DNA from: a virus
Virus record (IMG/VR): IMGVR_UViG_3300045988_174094
Location: 44,932-108,931 of that record
DNA length: 64,000 nt
Reading direction: 5' to 3' (one strand)
The first letter of the stretch is position 1; the number at the start of each line of letters is the position of its first letter. Positions 1 through 7,991 of the stretch are shown here, one piece after another. Under the pieces are notes generated by a model that had not been told where the DNA came from, made no database searches, and saw only the letters and a program-made list of their open reading frames with translations. A program made the position numbers and the translations under genes.

Positions 1-870
1 AAAATCTGTATAAGGTATTTCCAGATATTCAAATCCGTGTAAAAGTGCTTGAGATTTTTTCCATCTATCAACTTCTTGTTGTTCTTTCAATGTTCTATTG
101 AAAAAAGGTTCTTCTTGATAATGTTGTCTCCCCATATATTCAATCACTAAATTTTCTTGCGGCAGATAAAAATCATATCTTTTTTTCTCTGACCAATCAA
201 AGCTTTTTTCTCTTTCAACTTGTATGTTATTATTCTTGCACCAATCTAAAATTTTACTTTCTCCTTTAGAAATTTTCTTAGAACATTTGGGGCATCCGTA
301 TCCACTTCTAATTTCATGGGGAGTTACTTTCCAGATAAAACCACATTTTTCATGTCGAACAAGAACTTTTATATCGGTTCCTTTATAATCTTCTAATATA
401 GTATAGTCAGTAGGAAAAAGTTTTTGTATTCCAGAAGTCGTCAATTGCTTTCCACCAACGCAGCAACCTTGACAAACGGGATTTTTCAAAAAAGGTTCTA
501 CTTGTTTTTCAGAAACAAGCCCGCAATCTAAACATTTATATTTTATTGTTACTCTTTCACTTTTAGGATTCCATCCAAATTTTATGAAACTAAGATTTTT
601 TGATTTTTCGATTTTTTCTAAAGCTTGTTCTTTTTGTAATTTTCTCTTAGGAGAGCTTCCTCTTGAATACCAACAATTATTACACAGATGCTTCTTTTTC
701 AAAAGATCACCTGCGCTATAAATAGTTTCAGTATGATTACATATTTTACATCTATATGTTGCTGGTGTCTTGGAACGGCTATATTCTAAAATTTCAATTG
801 TTTGACTTTCTTCTGGAAAAACTTTTTTCAAATTTAATAAAAATTGTTCTTTTGTAACTGCACTAGGCAT
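1..870 (-). CDS. intron-encoded nuclease (homing-endonuclease candidate); N-terminus complete, C-terminus runs off the window
   Basis: ATG at 870 lies six nt after AAGGAGG. 290 codons are open to position 1; the ORF is missing from the track because it has no stop in the window. Repeated CxxC pairs are followed by GESKILDW..YDFYLP..IEYMGRQHY, a PD-(D/E)XK/Vsr-like signature. Lies inside terL intron 2. Confidence 0.7.
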   Translation of the reverse strand, partial: MPSAVTKEQFLLNLKKVFPEESQTIEILEYSRSKTPATYRCKICNHTETIYSAGDLLKKKHLCNNCWYSRGSSPKRKLQKEQALEKIEKSKNLSFIKFGWNPKSERVTIKYKCLDCGLVSEKQVEPFLKNPVCQGCCVGGKQLTTSGIQKLFPTDYTILEDYKGTDIKVLVRHEKCGFIWKVTPHEIRSGYGCPKCSKKISKGESKILDWCKNNNIQVEREKSFDWSEKKRYDFYLPQENLVIEYMGRQHYQEEPFFNRTLKEQQEVDRWKKSQALLHGFEYLEIPYTDF

Positions 871-1074
871 TATAGACCTCCTTATTTGGCTGCTGATTAT
901 CCTTTTTTATGGTTTAGGCTCTCACCATGCCACACCCTTTTCTTTTTTTCTACTTTCGTGGCTTTCAATTATTTTGGAGATAATAATTTGTAGCAGAAAA
1001 AGGATTTCGGACGTTCCAGCAATTAGAAAAGTTTATTACCCGTATATTACTATAGGGGAGGGCAACAAATTCGC
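1..1074 (-). mobile_element. group I intron 2 in terL (partial; 3' end outside window; 5' splice site only approximate)
   Basis: On the minus strand it carries CTAATTGCTGGAA (rc of 1014-1026) and GGATAATCAGCAGCC (rc of 888-902). The same core boxes occur in terL intron 1 and the gyrB intron. The exon 2 reading frame closes at TAA 1036-1038. Contains its own RBS and nuclease ORF. Confidence 0.55.
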
Positions 1075-1228
1075 CCCTTCGACAGTAAATAGCGAACCGT
1101 TTTTGAAATATGCTTCACCGACATCTTTTGACAAATTGATGTGAGGCTTACCCATAAAAACTTCAAGTTCTTTTTCAAGAAGCGGCCAAATCTTTAGTAT
1201 CTCAGCTATCTTTTCTTTGAAGATTTTT
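1075..1228 (-). CDS. terL: terminase large subunit, exon 2 (downstream boundary uncertain by about 15 nt)
   Basis: Joined to exon 1 it reads ..APVKTQG-V-KIFKEKIAEILKIWPLLEKELEVFMGKPHINLSKDVGEAYFKNGSLFTVE.., which resembles terminase sequence after the Walker A region. Not in the ORF track because it has no start codon of its own. Confidence 0.6.
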
Positions 1229-1505
1229 CATTTTATTAGCTTATGCTTTCACATAAGATTAGACTATATCTTTTACCATAAAGGTAAGACACCATTTCAT
1301 AATTTACTCCCGTAGGATAGTCGTTGAACCTCTCAAAATGAGTTGGATGCTGATTACCCATTATAAAAATCTTTAGGCTTTCACCGTAGACCATTCCAAA
1401 ACTTGTTTCTGCTTTCGCTCCATAAAAGGCATTTGGACTTTAGGGCTTCCCAGCAATTAGATGTCTGATTTATCTCCTTTTTACAAAGGAGAGGCGCAAA
1501 ATCTT
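1229..1505 (-). mobile_element. ORF-less group I intron 1 in terL (277 nt)
   Basis: 5' exon ends GGCGU and can pair with GCGCC eight nt downstream (P1 with U-G). Core boxes on the minus strand: CTAATTGCTGGG (rc 1450-1461), GGGTAATCAGCATCC (rc 1345-1359), GGTAAAAGATATAGTCT (rc 1261-1277, P7-like as in T4 td-type introns). Ends in G at 1229. Splicing restores the terL frame. Confidence 0.7.
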
Positions 1506-1894
1506 ACGCCTTGTGTTTTGACTGGCGCAATGAGGGAACATTTGTGGCCAGGGATGAAAACGCATTGTAAAAACATTCCTAGAACAGAAAGAAAAGATTT
1601 AGAGGCCGCGCGCGTTGCTGTTATATAAACTTGATTATAACGCATCAGAGACCTCAAGAAGCATCGCTGATACGGAAATAGATCAAATTGGCTATTTTCT
1701 GGCTGGATTGTGTCTAAGTATACGTCAGGGTATACGGTATAAAGTTGCGTCAAATCCGCAAAAAACTTTTCATTACGCAATAAAAAGTCTTCAGTAACTT
1801 CAACACCTTTTTCAAGTAAAATGCCATCTCGATAGATACGATTATCTTGGAGAAAAGGAGAAGTGGGCGGGCGCAATTGAATTACATTACTCAT
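1506..1894 (-). CDS. terL: terminase large subunit, exon 1
   Basis: Contains LFPYQRCFLRSLMRYNQVYITATRAASKSFLSVLG.., a Walker-A-like terminase ATPase N-terminus. The tail of track ORF 1481-1894 (VRFCASPL*) is intron read-through. Confidence 0.8.
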
Positions 1895-2886
1895 ATGCCC
1901 ATCTCTCCTTCTGTTTCAAAATCTTCTTCGTCTTCATCTTTGAAAACTTCTGCTTCGTAGAGGTCTGCGTCGAAATCTTTTTGCTCTGTCTCATAGAAGT
2001 TTTCGCTTTCTTGGACACTTTTGAGAGCTTGGAGACGCGCGGTAATTTCTTCACTTAGACTGCTTTCATTTACATAGAGACGCTGGTTCCAAGCTTGAAT
2101 ATTTTTGATAGTCTCGTCAATAACATCACGTGTCGCGCCATCGTAGAATTTATTTTGATTTCCGCGCTTTTCAAGCCAAAGTGCCAATTCACCAAAGCTA
2201 TCAAAGTCACGCGCGTTCTTTATATTTTTAGGTGTGAACTCAGCGGTTTTGACTAGCTTGTCATAGGTTGCCATAAATTTATCGACGTCTTTGTCTCCAG
2301 CGCGAATGCGGCTATCAATCTCATACGAAACTTTACAAAGTTTTTGAGCTTGGTCAATTTGAAGCGCGCCGACTACATTTTGAGACATCAAAAGTCCTTG
2401 ATAAAGGTTCTCAAGATAATCGAGAGCTTCTTCATCATAGTTCGCGCCCCACCGCGCGCGCAGCTCATCGAAATGCTTCTCCTTCAAAAGCGGAATCTCT
2501 TCTTCCACTAAACCGACTGCCTTTAGTTCTTGATATTGCTTGAAATAAGAGCCCCACCCAAGGCCCTCATAATCTTGCGAAGCAAAAACTTTGGAGTAAG
2601 CTGCCCACACGCTATCAGGAGAATTGAGTTCGCGCAATCTCTCCCATTCTTTTACAATAAATGGAATATCAGCCCATTGGCACAACTTATCAATAAAACC
2701 CCAATCAAAGTCGTGTTCGCGCAACATCGAAGTAACGCATGAATTACAAAGTGGAAGATGGTGGTCGGGATAGAATTCGCTGTGAGTAAAAGCGAAATCC
2801 TCTTCTGGTTGTTCTACCTGACATCGCGCGCACCGTTTTGAGAGAAACGAACGCTTAGGGCGAGGAATTTGAGGAATTACTGGCAT
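1891..2886 (-). CDS. hypothetical protein with N-terminal zinc-ribbon (CARC..CNSC) and acidic C-terminus; possible packaging partner of terL
   Basis: 331-aa ORF whose stop overlaps the terL start. Placing it as a terL partner rests on position only. Confidence 0.75.
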   Translation of the reverse strand: MPVIPQIPRPKRSFLSKRCARCQVEQPEEDFAFTHSEFYPDHHLPLCNSCVTSMLREHDFDWGFIDKLCQWADIPFIVKEWERLRELNSPDSVWAAYSKVFASQDYEGLGWGSYFKQYQELKAVGLVEEEIPLLKEKHFDELRARWGANYDEEALDYLENLYQGLLMSQNVVGALQIDQAQKLCKVSYEIDSRIRAGDKDVDKFMATYDKLVKTAEFTPKNIKNARDFDSFGELALWLEKRGNQNKFYDGATRDVIDETIKNIQAWNQRLYVNESSLSEEITARLQALKSVQESENFYETEQKDFDADLYEAEVFKDEDEEDFETEGEMGI

Positions 2887-3185
2887 TTGGAGGCCGCCTC
2901 CTCTTCAAGGGCCGCGCGCATTTCTTTATTGTCTTTTTCTACGCGGCGCAGCACTTTTATAAGTTCTCGTTTTTGCTTCCGCCCCATTTTCCCGAAAGCA
3001 ACAACTGTATCAATAAAGACATCCTCAAAAGGACGGTGATCGCGCGCTTCCGTAGTCAGCGGAACATTGAGAAGATTGGTAAGCCCCAAAAACTCCTCTA
3101 CTTCCAGCGACGCTGCGCGTGCGACAAACTCGTTTACTAAATCTAGTTTCAATTTTTCCTCCTTTCGCGCAACGCTTTTTCGCAA
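2877..3185 (-). CDS. hypothetical small protein (alternative TTG start at 3152 after AAAGGAGG)
   Basis: 102-aa ORF in a co-directional string. The TTG at 3152 overlaps the TGA of the upstream gene. Confidence 0.65.
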   Translation of the reverse strand: MRKSVARKEEKLKLDLVNEFVARAASLEVEEFLGLTNLLNVPLTTEARDHRPFEDVFIDTVVAFGKMGRKQKRELIKVLRRVEKDNKEMRAALEEEAASKCQ

Positions 3186-4447
3186 GCTTTACAACGGGGT
3201 GAAAAGCCATCTGAAGATTTTGCTTTGCGCATAAAGTAATCTGGAATCCTAAGTAGCGTGCGCGCGCAATCCTTACACGTTTTGAAGTTTTCGGGGAAAA
3301 ATAACTCCGACGTAACTTGGTAGTGCGCGGACGCCGCTGCGGCTATTTTCGGCAATATCTTTTGGCGATAAAGAGTTGAAATATAATTTTCGCCATAGGA
3401 TTTGCCGTATTTTGATGCTATCTTCTCTACAATTTTAGTGTTGGTTTCGTGTGCGACCTTCGCGCGCAATATATCGAGGTAGAGAGGCGAAAGTCGTGCG
3501 AGTTTTTGGTAATAGGTAAAAGTGGAAAAAAGAGCTTGAAGGCCTTCATCAGAGTTTTGGTCGGGCAAAAGCTCAGAATAAAGAGAGATAAAAGAAGCGA
3601 GGTGCGCGGGGTCACGGAAATCAAATGAGTTCGGCGCATTTGGGGGTTCGCGCCAGATAGTTTTGGAGAGAAGCTTTTCTTCGTCTGGGGTTAGAGTACC
3701 TGGAGTTGGAAACTCACCGGAGGAAGGGAAAATTTTTGGAGCCAGTTGAATTGGGAGGTTTCCGAGTGGAAGAATGGGGATATCTGCGTTTAGGAGTGGA
3801 GGAGGCACTGGGTCCTGGACGATAGTAGGGGTGTGGCGTTGGACTAGAGGGGTTGTGTATGTGTCACGCCATGGGTATTGTTCAGAGCGTTTTTCAACTA
3901 GAAGTTTTCGCTTCTTCAAGTAAGCGTATTCGGTTAGGGACTGAGCGTGCGCGCGGATTTCTTCTACTTCCGCTGAAGTAAAGCGTTCGAGGAGCTGACT
4001 ACGAGGGGGTTTCGTCGTTTTTCCGATGAAGTTTTCGTAGAAGCGGGTTTCGAGGTCGAGCGTATCAATTTCGCGCCAAAGGTCTTCAAGGTGCGCGAGC
4101 ACATAGGGAGAAGCGAGAGAGCGAGCTTCTTCACGAGAAAAGACTCGACGCGTTTTTTGAGTTTTTGGGGCGACGTAAGGAGAAGCGAGACGCGCTTCGA
4201 GGAAAGTGGGGTTTTCTCGTAACTCGTCAAGAGACTCGACTTTTTTTTCTTTCTTTTTCCAATAGGTTTCTAATTCGATGGCTTCATCAGAATTCTTATC
4301 TCCCCATAGAACATAGTCGGCCATTAGCTCTAGTTCGGATGAAGTTGGCGTAAACGCCAGGGAATCTAGGTATTTTGTGAGAAAAGTTTGACGCTCTTCT
4401 GCTGTAGGCAAAGAGAAGTCTAGTTGAAGGCGGTTTCGTTTAGGCAT
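3149..4447 (-). CDS. hypothetical protein with C-terminal CxxC..CxxC
   Basis: Long ORF. Start moved to ATG 4447, nine nt after AAGGAG, in frame with track start 4471. Confidence 0.8.
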   Translation of the reverse strand: MPKRNRLQLDFSLPTAEERQTFLTKYLDSLAFTPTSSELELMADYVLWGDKNSDEAIELETYWKKKEKKVESLDELRENPTFLEARLASPYVAPKTQKTRRVFSREEARSLASPYVLAHLEDLWREIDTLDLETRFYENFIGKTTKPPRSQLLERFTSAEVEEIRAHAQSLTEYAYLKKRKLLVEKRSEQYPWRDTYTTPLVQRHTPTIVQDPVPPPLLNADIPILPLGNLPIQLAPKIFPSSGEFPTPGTLTPDEEKLLSKTIWREPPNAPNSFDFRDPAHLASFISLYSELLPDQNSDEGLQALFSTFTYYQKLARLSPLYLDILRAKVAHETNTKIVEKIASKYGKSYGENYISTLYRQKILPKIAAAASAHYQVTSELFFPENFKTCKDCARTLLRIPDYFMRKAKSSDGFSPRCKACEKALRERRKN

Positions 4448-4512
4448 TTCTATTTTCTCCTTTGCGCCCAAAACTTGATTTTGGGTGCATTTTTCGTTCC
4501 TTTCTAATTTAG

Positions 4513-4541
4513 ATTATACGGGAATTTGGGGGCAAAATCAA
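4513..4541 (-). promoter_or_regulatory. class-B promoter (minus strand TTGATT-17-TATAAT)
   Basis: rc reads TTGATTttgcccccaaattcccgTATAAT. Lies upstream of gene 3149-4447. Confidence 0.6.
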
Positions 4542-4810
4542 ATTTCCTCGATGGCGAAGCCAGTTTCTTTGCGAAGCAAGTTTCTAATTTCAGTGAGAAA
4601 AGTTGCGAGGCCCCGAAATGTAACGCGTCATAGAAAAAGTAAAATTACTAAATGTACCCCGGTCTATATTTTGTCATATCAAACGACAAAACCCACCCCA
4701 TTATACGTCATTCTGCGGTTCGTCATTCTGCCCAAGAACCTACTATGTAACGCGACTTCAGTTTGTTAGAATTGACGGAATATTATGTGACAAACTAGTG
4801 AAAAAAGTTG

Positions 4811-4839
4811 TTGACATTGTTAGACGCCTGTGGTAAAAT
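4811..4839 (+). promoter_or_regulatory. early promoter TTGACA-17-TAAAAT with TG extension
   Basis: ttgacattgttagacgcctgtggtaaaat. A TTAGACG half-site (4820-4826) lies in the spacer. Confidence 0.65.
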
Positions 4840-4898
4840 ATGACCGTAAACAAAAACAAAACATCGACAGCGGGACAGACCGCGGAAAGGAAACTAAA

Positions 4899-5399
4899 AT
4901 GACAATTGAAAAGTATGGTTACGCCGACAGTGATTGCGGCCGCAATGGCAAGGCTTTTGAACGTCTCTGCAAAGAAAGATTGCATATGCAGTCTAAAGTG
5001 GCAGCGCCCGGCCGTACAGATATGCGCCGCGCCGCGCAGTGCTATGAAGTAAAAACCGGAGCAGGCGAGCTTGGCAAGTTAGGTGACAAGCTGGTCAAGG
5101 GGTCGCGTTATGTGATTTATTGTCCTGTCATCAATCCCGACAAAGAATTGACGGAACAGAGAGCCTATGTTATGACACGCGACACTTTCCTTGAAGTGCT
5201 TGCAGAGGCTGGGCTACTCCGTGAAAAGACTTCTACCAACGGTGAGCGTAAAGTGACAATTCAAACGTTTTGGAACAATAAGCTGAACGCACCGCACGGC
5301 AAGAAGTATTTCAAGTTACTTGACATTCTGGAGTTTTCTGTATCTGCGGGGCGGGCAATGCCGTTTTCCGATTGGCTGGACAATGGGTGGGCGCTCTAA
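4899..5399 (+). CDS. hypothetical early protein
   Basis: ATG 4899 follows GGAAAGGAAA. In frame with track ORF 4830-5399. Confidence 0.75.
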   Translation: MTIEKYGYADSDCGRNGKAFERLCKERLHMQSKVAAPGRTDMRRAAQCYEVKTGAGELGKLGDKLVKGSRYVIYCPVINPDKELTEQRAYVMTRDTFLEVLAEAGLLREKTSTNGERKVTIQTFWNNKLNAPHGKKYFKLLDILEFSVSAGRAMPFSDWLDNGWAL

Positions 5400-5435
5400 G
5401 CGCCCAGCCCCGTAAAATGAAAGGAGCTATGTGAC

Positions 5436-5672
5436 ATGGAAATGAATTTTAGACTGATTGTGCGCTATTACATGACAAAAGAAGTGACAGACCAGTATTT
5501 TGCAACGTTAGGCGACGCGGATACAGTAGTCACTTATCTTGACAAAGCTATAGAGAACGGCGCGCGTCTCGGCTTTGTCGTACAAGAAAAGGTCGCATCA
5601 GACGACATCGTAACCATAGATGAAAATGGGACTGACATTGGCGAGTGGCGCAACCTAAGATGGATTGTGTAA
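5436..5672 (+). CDS. hypothetical early protein
   Basis: AAAGGAG RBS; 78 aa. Confidence 0.75.
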   Translation: MEMNFRLIVRYYMTKEVTDQYFATLGDADTVVTYLDKAIENGARLGFVVQEKVASDDIVTIDENGTDIGEWRNLRWIV

Positions 5673-5726
5673 CCTAAAATGACATGATGCTGAGCTATCG
5701 GCATGACGGGCAGAAAGGAATATAAA

Positions 5727-5981
5727 ATGAAAAAAACTATTACTTTAGCTGACTTCTGCGACTATGTCGCGTATGCTTATCCCGAATACGTTTATGACGA
5801 TGAAACAGGCGCGGAATGGGTATATGACAATTCTAATTATGAGAACGACGGCTGCGGCCTCTATATCAACTCTGCAACAGGTGAAGTTCTCTTTCCCGAT
5901 GAGATTGAAAAATGGTACGTCAAAGGACTTGAGTTGACAAGAGACCATGAAATCATCGTTTATGTAGGAAAAGACGCGTAA
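5727..5981 (+). CDS. hypothetical early protein (ends ..KDA*)
   Basis: ATG 5727 follows AAAGGAA. The stop codon sits in the terminator loop. Confidence 0.75.
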   Translation: MKKTITLADFCDYVAYAYPEYVYDDETGAEWVYDNSNYENDGCGLYINSATGEVLFPDEIEKWYVKGLELTRDHEIIVYVGKDA

Positions 5982-5994
5982 AGCGTCTTTTCTT
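5970..5994 (+). terminator. intrinsic terminator, stop codon in loop
   Basis: aagacgc-gtaa-gcgtctt followed by a T-run. Confidence 0.7.
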
Positions 5995-6006
5995 ATATCA
6001 ATTGAT

Positions 6007-6021
6007 GTCACTTTACATGAC
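6007..6021. repeat. GTCAy-N5-rTGAC box
   Basis: gtcactttacatgac. Confidence 0.6.
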
Positions 6022-6059
6022 ATCACCCGGTCACGTCTAAAAGCAATGTAGTATGACTT

Positions 6060-6078
6060 TTAGACGTGGCTCGTCTAA
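6060..6078. repeat. TTAGACG-N5-CGTCTAA inverted repeat
   Basis: ttagacgtggctcgtctaa, perfect 7-bp arms. Confidence 0.9.
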
Positions 6079-6093
6079 GTCATCTTATGTGAC
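6079..6093. repeat. GTCAy-N5-rTGAC box
   Basis: gtcatcttatgtgac. Confidence 0.6.
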
Positions 6094-6105
6094 TTTTATT
6101 CATTT

Positions 6106-6124
6106 TTAGACGGAGTTCGTCTAA
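6106..6124. repeat. TTAGACG-N5-CGTCTAA inverted repeat
   Basis: ttagacggagttcgtctaa. An extra half-site lies at 6128-6134. Confidence 0.9.
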
Positions 6125-6156
6125 CTATTAGACGCCATTCTGCCATGTTAGATGAC

Positions 6157-6184
6157 TTGACTTTTCGCTATTATGTGATATAAT
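6157..6184 (+). promoter_or_regulatory. early promoter TTGACT-16-TATAAT (TG-extended)
   Basis: ttgacttttcgctattatgtgatataat. Confidence 0.65.
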
Positions 6185-6261
6185 ATAGGCAAGAACGGCG
6201 GGGAATGAATATTGCCCGAAATTTATTAGAATGTCGTATAACATGGAAGGAGTAATATATC

Positions 6262-6435
6262 ATGATAGTTTTGGTAGAACATAACAACGGCTTCAGGGGC
6301 CAGCATGGTATCAGCGAAGATAACATTGCTACTTTGGATGAACTGCCTTCTCTCATCCAAAGCTACATACAAGCTGGAAGCTGCGTTTATAAGCTGACAA
6401 TTTTGCCAGATCTAGAAGGAAAGAGCTTGACTTAG
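6262..6435 (+). CDS. hypothetical early protein, 57 aa (below ORF-track cutoff)
   Basis: GGAAGGAG RBS about 10 nt upstream. Translates MIVLVEHNNGFRGQHG... The stop lies inside hairpin gagcttgac-tta-gtcagctc. Confidence 0.6.
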   Translation: MIVLVEHNNGFRGQHGISEDNIATLDELPSLIQSYIQAGSCVYKLTILPDLEGKSLT

Positions 6436-6449
6436 TCAGCTCTAACTTC

Positions 6450-6468
6450 TTAGACGTAATTCGTCTAA
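6450..6468. repeat. TTAGACG-N5-CGTCTAA inverted repeat
   Basis: ttagacgtaattcgtctaa. Confidence 0.9.
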
Positions 6469-6477
6469 AAAATTTTC

Positions 6478-6506
6478 TTGACTTTTTCAAAAAATTCTGA
6501 TATAAT
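6478..6506 (+). promoter_or_regulatory. early promoter TTGACT-17-TATAAT
   Basis: Lies nine bp after the inverted repeat. Confidence 0.7.
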
Positions 6507-6529
6507 GTAATCAAAGAAAGGAGAAAACA

Positions 6530-6667
6530 ATGTATACTTACTTTATCCAGAACTTGGAAACCTTTGAATGCTCAATGATTTTTGGGCTAACTTTTGTGGA
6601 TGCAATGCAACGCGCAAATCTTTGTATTGGAGAGTGGATTTGTTATGCACAAGTTTATGAAGACTAA
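6530..6667 (+). CDS. hypothetical early peptide, 45 aa
   Basis: AAAGGAG RBS; MYTYFIQNLETFEC.. Confidence 0.5.
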   Translation: MYTYFIQNLETFECSMIFGLTFVDAMQRANLCIGEWICYAQVYED

Positions 6668-6806
6668 AAAATTTTTTGGAAATTTCTTTGGTGTAATTGG
6701 AATCCTTGTAATTCTTTGGCTTATTTTTTCTTATTTCAATGTAATTTTCGCGCGGCCATTTCTCGCAAATTGGAATATTTTCAAAATTTTTGAAGGGTGT
6801 TTTTGA
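6645..6806 (+). CDS. small membrane protein, 53 aa
   Basis: ATG 6645 follows GGAGAG. One hydrophobic helix, FFGVIGILVILWLIFSYF. Internal start of track ORF 6594-6806. Confidence 0.55.
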   Translation: MHKFMKTKKFFGNFFGVIGILVILWLIFSYFNVIFARPFLANWNIFKIFEGCF

Positions 6807-6807
6807 A

Positions 6808-7038
6808 ATGAAAGTTGAAAATATTACAATCAAAAGACGACAGATTTCTTTTTCAGACAAAGAATTTATTGATATCAGTAATGCGCGGCGTTGGTTGAGA
6901 AAAGCGTTGCAATTTACACAGGACAAAGGATTACAAAGAGCCGTTGATGAATTAGAAAATGTTTTGAACAATATCGAAATTCAAGACAATGGCAAATACT
7001 ACGTTTTTAGCGAAGAAATTTGGAGAGATGACGCATAA
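6808..7038 (+). CDS. hypothetical early protein (ends ..DDA*)
   Basis: ATG 6808 comes directly after the upstream TGA. In frame with track ORF 6790-7038. Confidence 0.7.
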   Translation: MKVENITIKRRQISFSDKEFIDISNARRWLRKALQFTQDKGLQRAVDELENVLNNIEIQDNGKYYVFSEEIWRDDA

Positions 7039-7052
7039 TGCGTCATTTCTCT
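7028..7052 (+). terminator. hairpin terminator with stop in loop (weak T-run)
   Basis: atgacgca-taa-tgcgtcat. Confidence 0.55.
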
Positions 7053-7063
7053 TCCAAAAAATT

Positions 7064-7082
7064 TTAGACGTTTATCGTCTAA
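7064..7082. repeat. TTAGACG-N5-CGTCTAA inverted repeat
   Basis: ttagacgtttatcgtctaa. Confidence 0.9.
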
Positions 7083-7092
7083 ATAAAAATTC

Positions 7093-7121
7093 TTGACAAA
7101 AGAAAAATTCTATGATATAAT
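7093..7121 (+). promoter_or_regulatory. early promoter TTGACA-17-TATAAT (TG-extended)
   Basis: ttgacaaaagaaaaattctatgatataat. Confidence 0.75.
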
Positions 7122-7150
7122 ACAAATACCAAATGAAAGGGGAATAAAAA

Positions 7151-7549
7151 ATGACTACTATCACAAAATATGTTTGCGATCTCTGCGGGCAGGTTTTTGA
7201 CAATGAAATTGAATGCCAGGGACATGAAATTTTAGAAAAAATCGGCGGCCATCTCAACGACGTTATCCTTTTCGATGGGAACAAGCAAGTTCTTTCTTTT
7301 GATACTGTAATTGCTAGTTTTTATGATGAAGTTTGGGGAATTTATATTGAAGATGAGAGCGCAATTCCTTTTGTAGAGGAAATTTTCAGATTCTGTGAAA
7401 TTATCTCTCCATGGAGTAGCGACGGCGGCAGTAATCGAAAAACGACGGGACTTTATCTTTATGATGACGAACATTATCGTTGGTATCTTCCCGCCGATAA
7501 AATCGAAGAACTGAAAAAAGAAATGAAAGAATACGGAGTTGACGCGTAA
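7151..7549 (+). CDS. hypothetical early protein, N-terminal CxxC..CxxH (ends ..VDA*)
   Basis: AAAGGGGA RBS; 132 aa. Confidence 0.8.
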   Translation: MTTITKYVCDLCGQVFDNEIECQGHEILEKIGGHLNDVILFDGNKQVLSFDTVIASFYDEVWGIYIEDESAIPFVEEIFRFCEIISPWSSDGGSNRKTTGLYLYDDEHYRWYLPADKIEELKKEMKEYGVDA

Positions 7550-7567
7550 TGCGTCAACTCTTTTTTT
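7537..7567 (+). terminator. intrinsic terminator, stop in loop
   Basis: gagttgacgc-gtaat-gcgtcaactc followed by T7. Confidence 0.8.
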
Positions 7568-7575
7568 ATATCAAT

Positions 7576-7594
7576 TTAGACGTTTCCCGTCTAA
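7576..7594. repeat. TTAGACG-N5-CGTCTAA inverted repeat
   Basis: ttagacgtttcccgtctaa. Confidence 0.9.
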
Positions 7595-7603
7595 AAGTTT
7601 TTC

Positions 7604-7631
7604 TTGACTTTTTCAGAAAATATGGTATAAT
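7604..7631 (+). promoter_or_regulatory. early promoter TTGACT-16-TATAAT
   Basis: First of a tandem promoter pair. No ORF follows it. Confidence 0.65.
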
Positions 7632-7700
7632 ATAGATAGTTAGAGGAAAGAATTTTAGAAAATTTTACAAAAATAATTTCCAGAAATTTTGAAATTCATC

Positions 7701-7729
7701 TTGACAAGCCGCGTGAAACGTGCTATAAT
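7701..7729 (+). promoter_or_regulatory. early promoter TTGACA-17-TATAAT (TG-extended)
   Basis: ttgacaagccgcgtgaaacgtgctataat. Confidence 0.7.
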
Positions 7730-7735
7730 AATTGC

Positions 7736-7890
7736 GTAATCAAGAGAAGATGGTTGTGGGTGGGTTAGGAAAAATCTTCTTTATTGATACTGTTTCCTCC
7801 TGATGGTTGGAGAAAATAGTACTCCTTTCTTTTGTGTTTTTGTTTTGTTTACATTGAAATGCGCGGGCAACCATCACCGCGCGTTTCTTC
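7736..7890 (+). ncRNA. candidate small non-coding RNA (promoter-to-terminator unit without ORF)
   Basis: No ORF with an RBS lies between the -10 at 7724-7729 and hairpin gcgcgg..ccgcgc plus gtttcttc (7861-7890). The 5' end, GCGTAATCAAGAGA, matches the leader of gene 9249. Internal stem agaagat..atcttct. Confidence 0.4.
7861..7890 (+). terminator. terminator of the ORF-less unit
   Basis: gcgcgg-N10-ccgcgc followed by gtttcttc. Confidence 0.55.
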
Positions 7891-7900
7891 TAGTGGGAAA

Positions 7901-7919
7901 TTAGACGTGGTTCGTCTAA
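7901..7919. repeat. TTAGACG-N5-CGTCTAA inverted repeat
   Basis: ttagacgtggttcgtctaa. Confidence 0.9.
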
Positions 7920-7929
7920 TAAAAAGTTC

Positions 7930-7957
7930 TTGACTTTTCTGAAAAATATGATATAAT
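7930..7957 (+). promoter_or_regulatory. early promoter TTGACT-16-TATAAT
   Basis: ttgacttttctgaaaaatatgatataat. Confidence 0.7.
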
Positions 7958-7991
7958 ATAATTACCAAACAAAAGAAAAGGAGATTCTAAA

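Noticed and set aside
7064-7082. TTAGACG palindromes considered as intrinsic terminators.
   Set aside because: No T-run follows on either strand. A genuine terminator already precedes each copy, and the palindrome sits at a fixed distance from the -35, which fits a DNA-level operator or a cassette boundary better.
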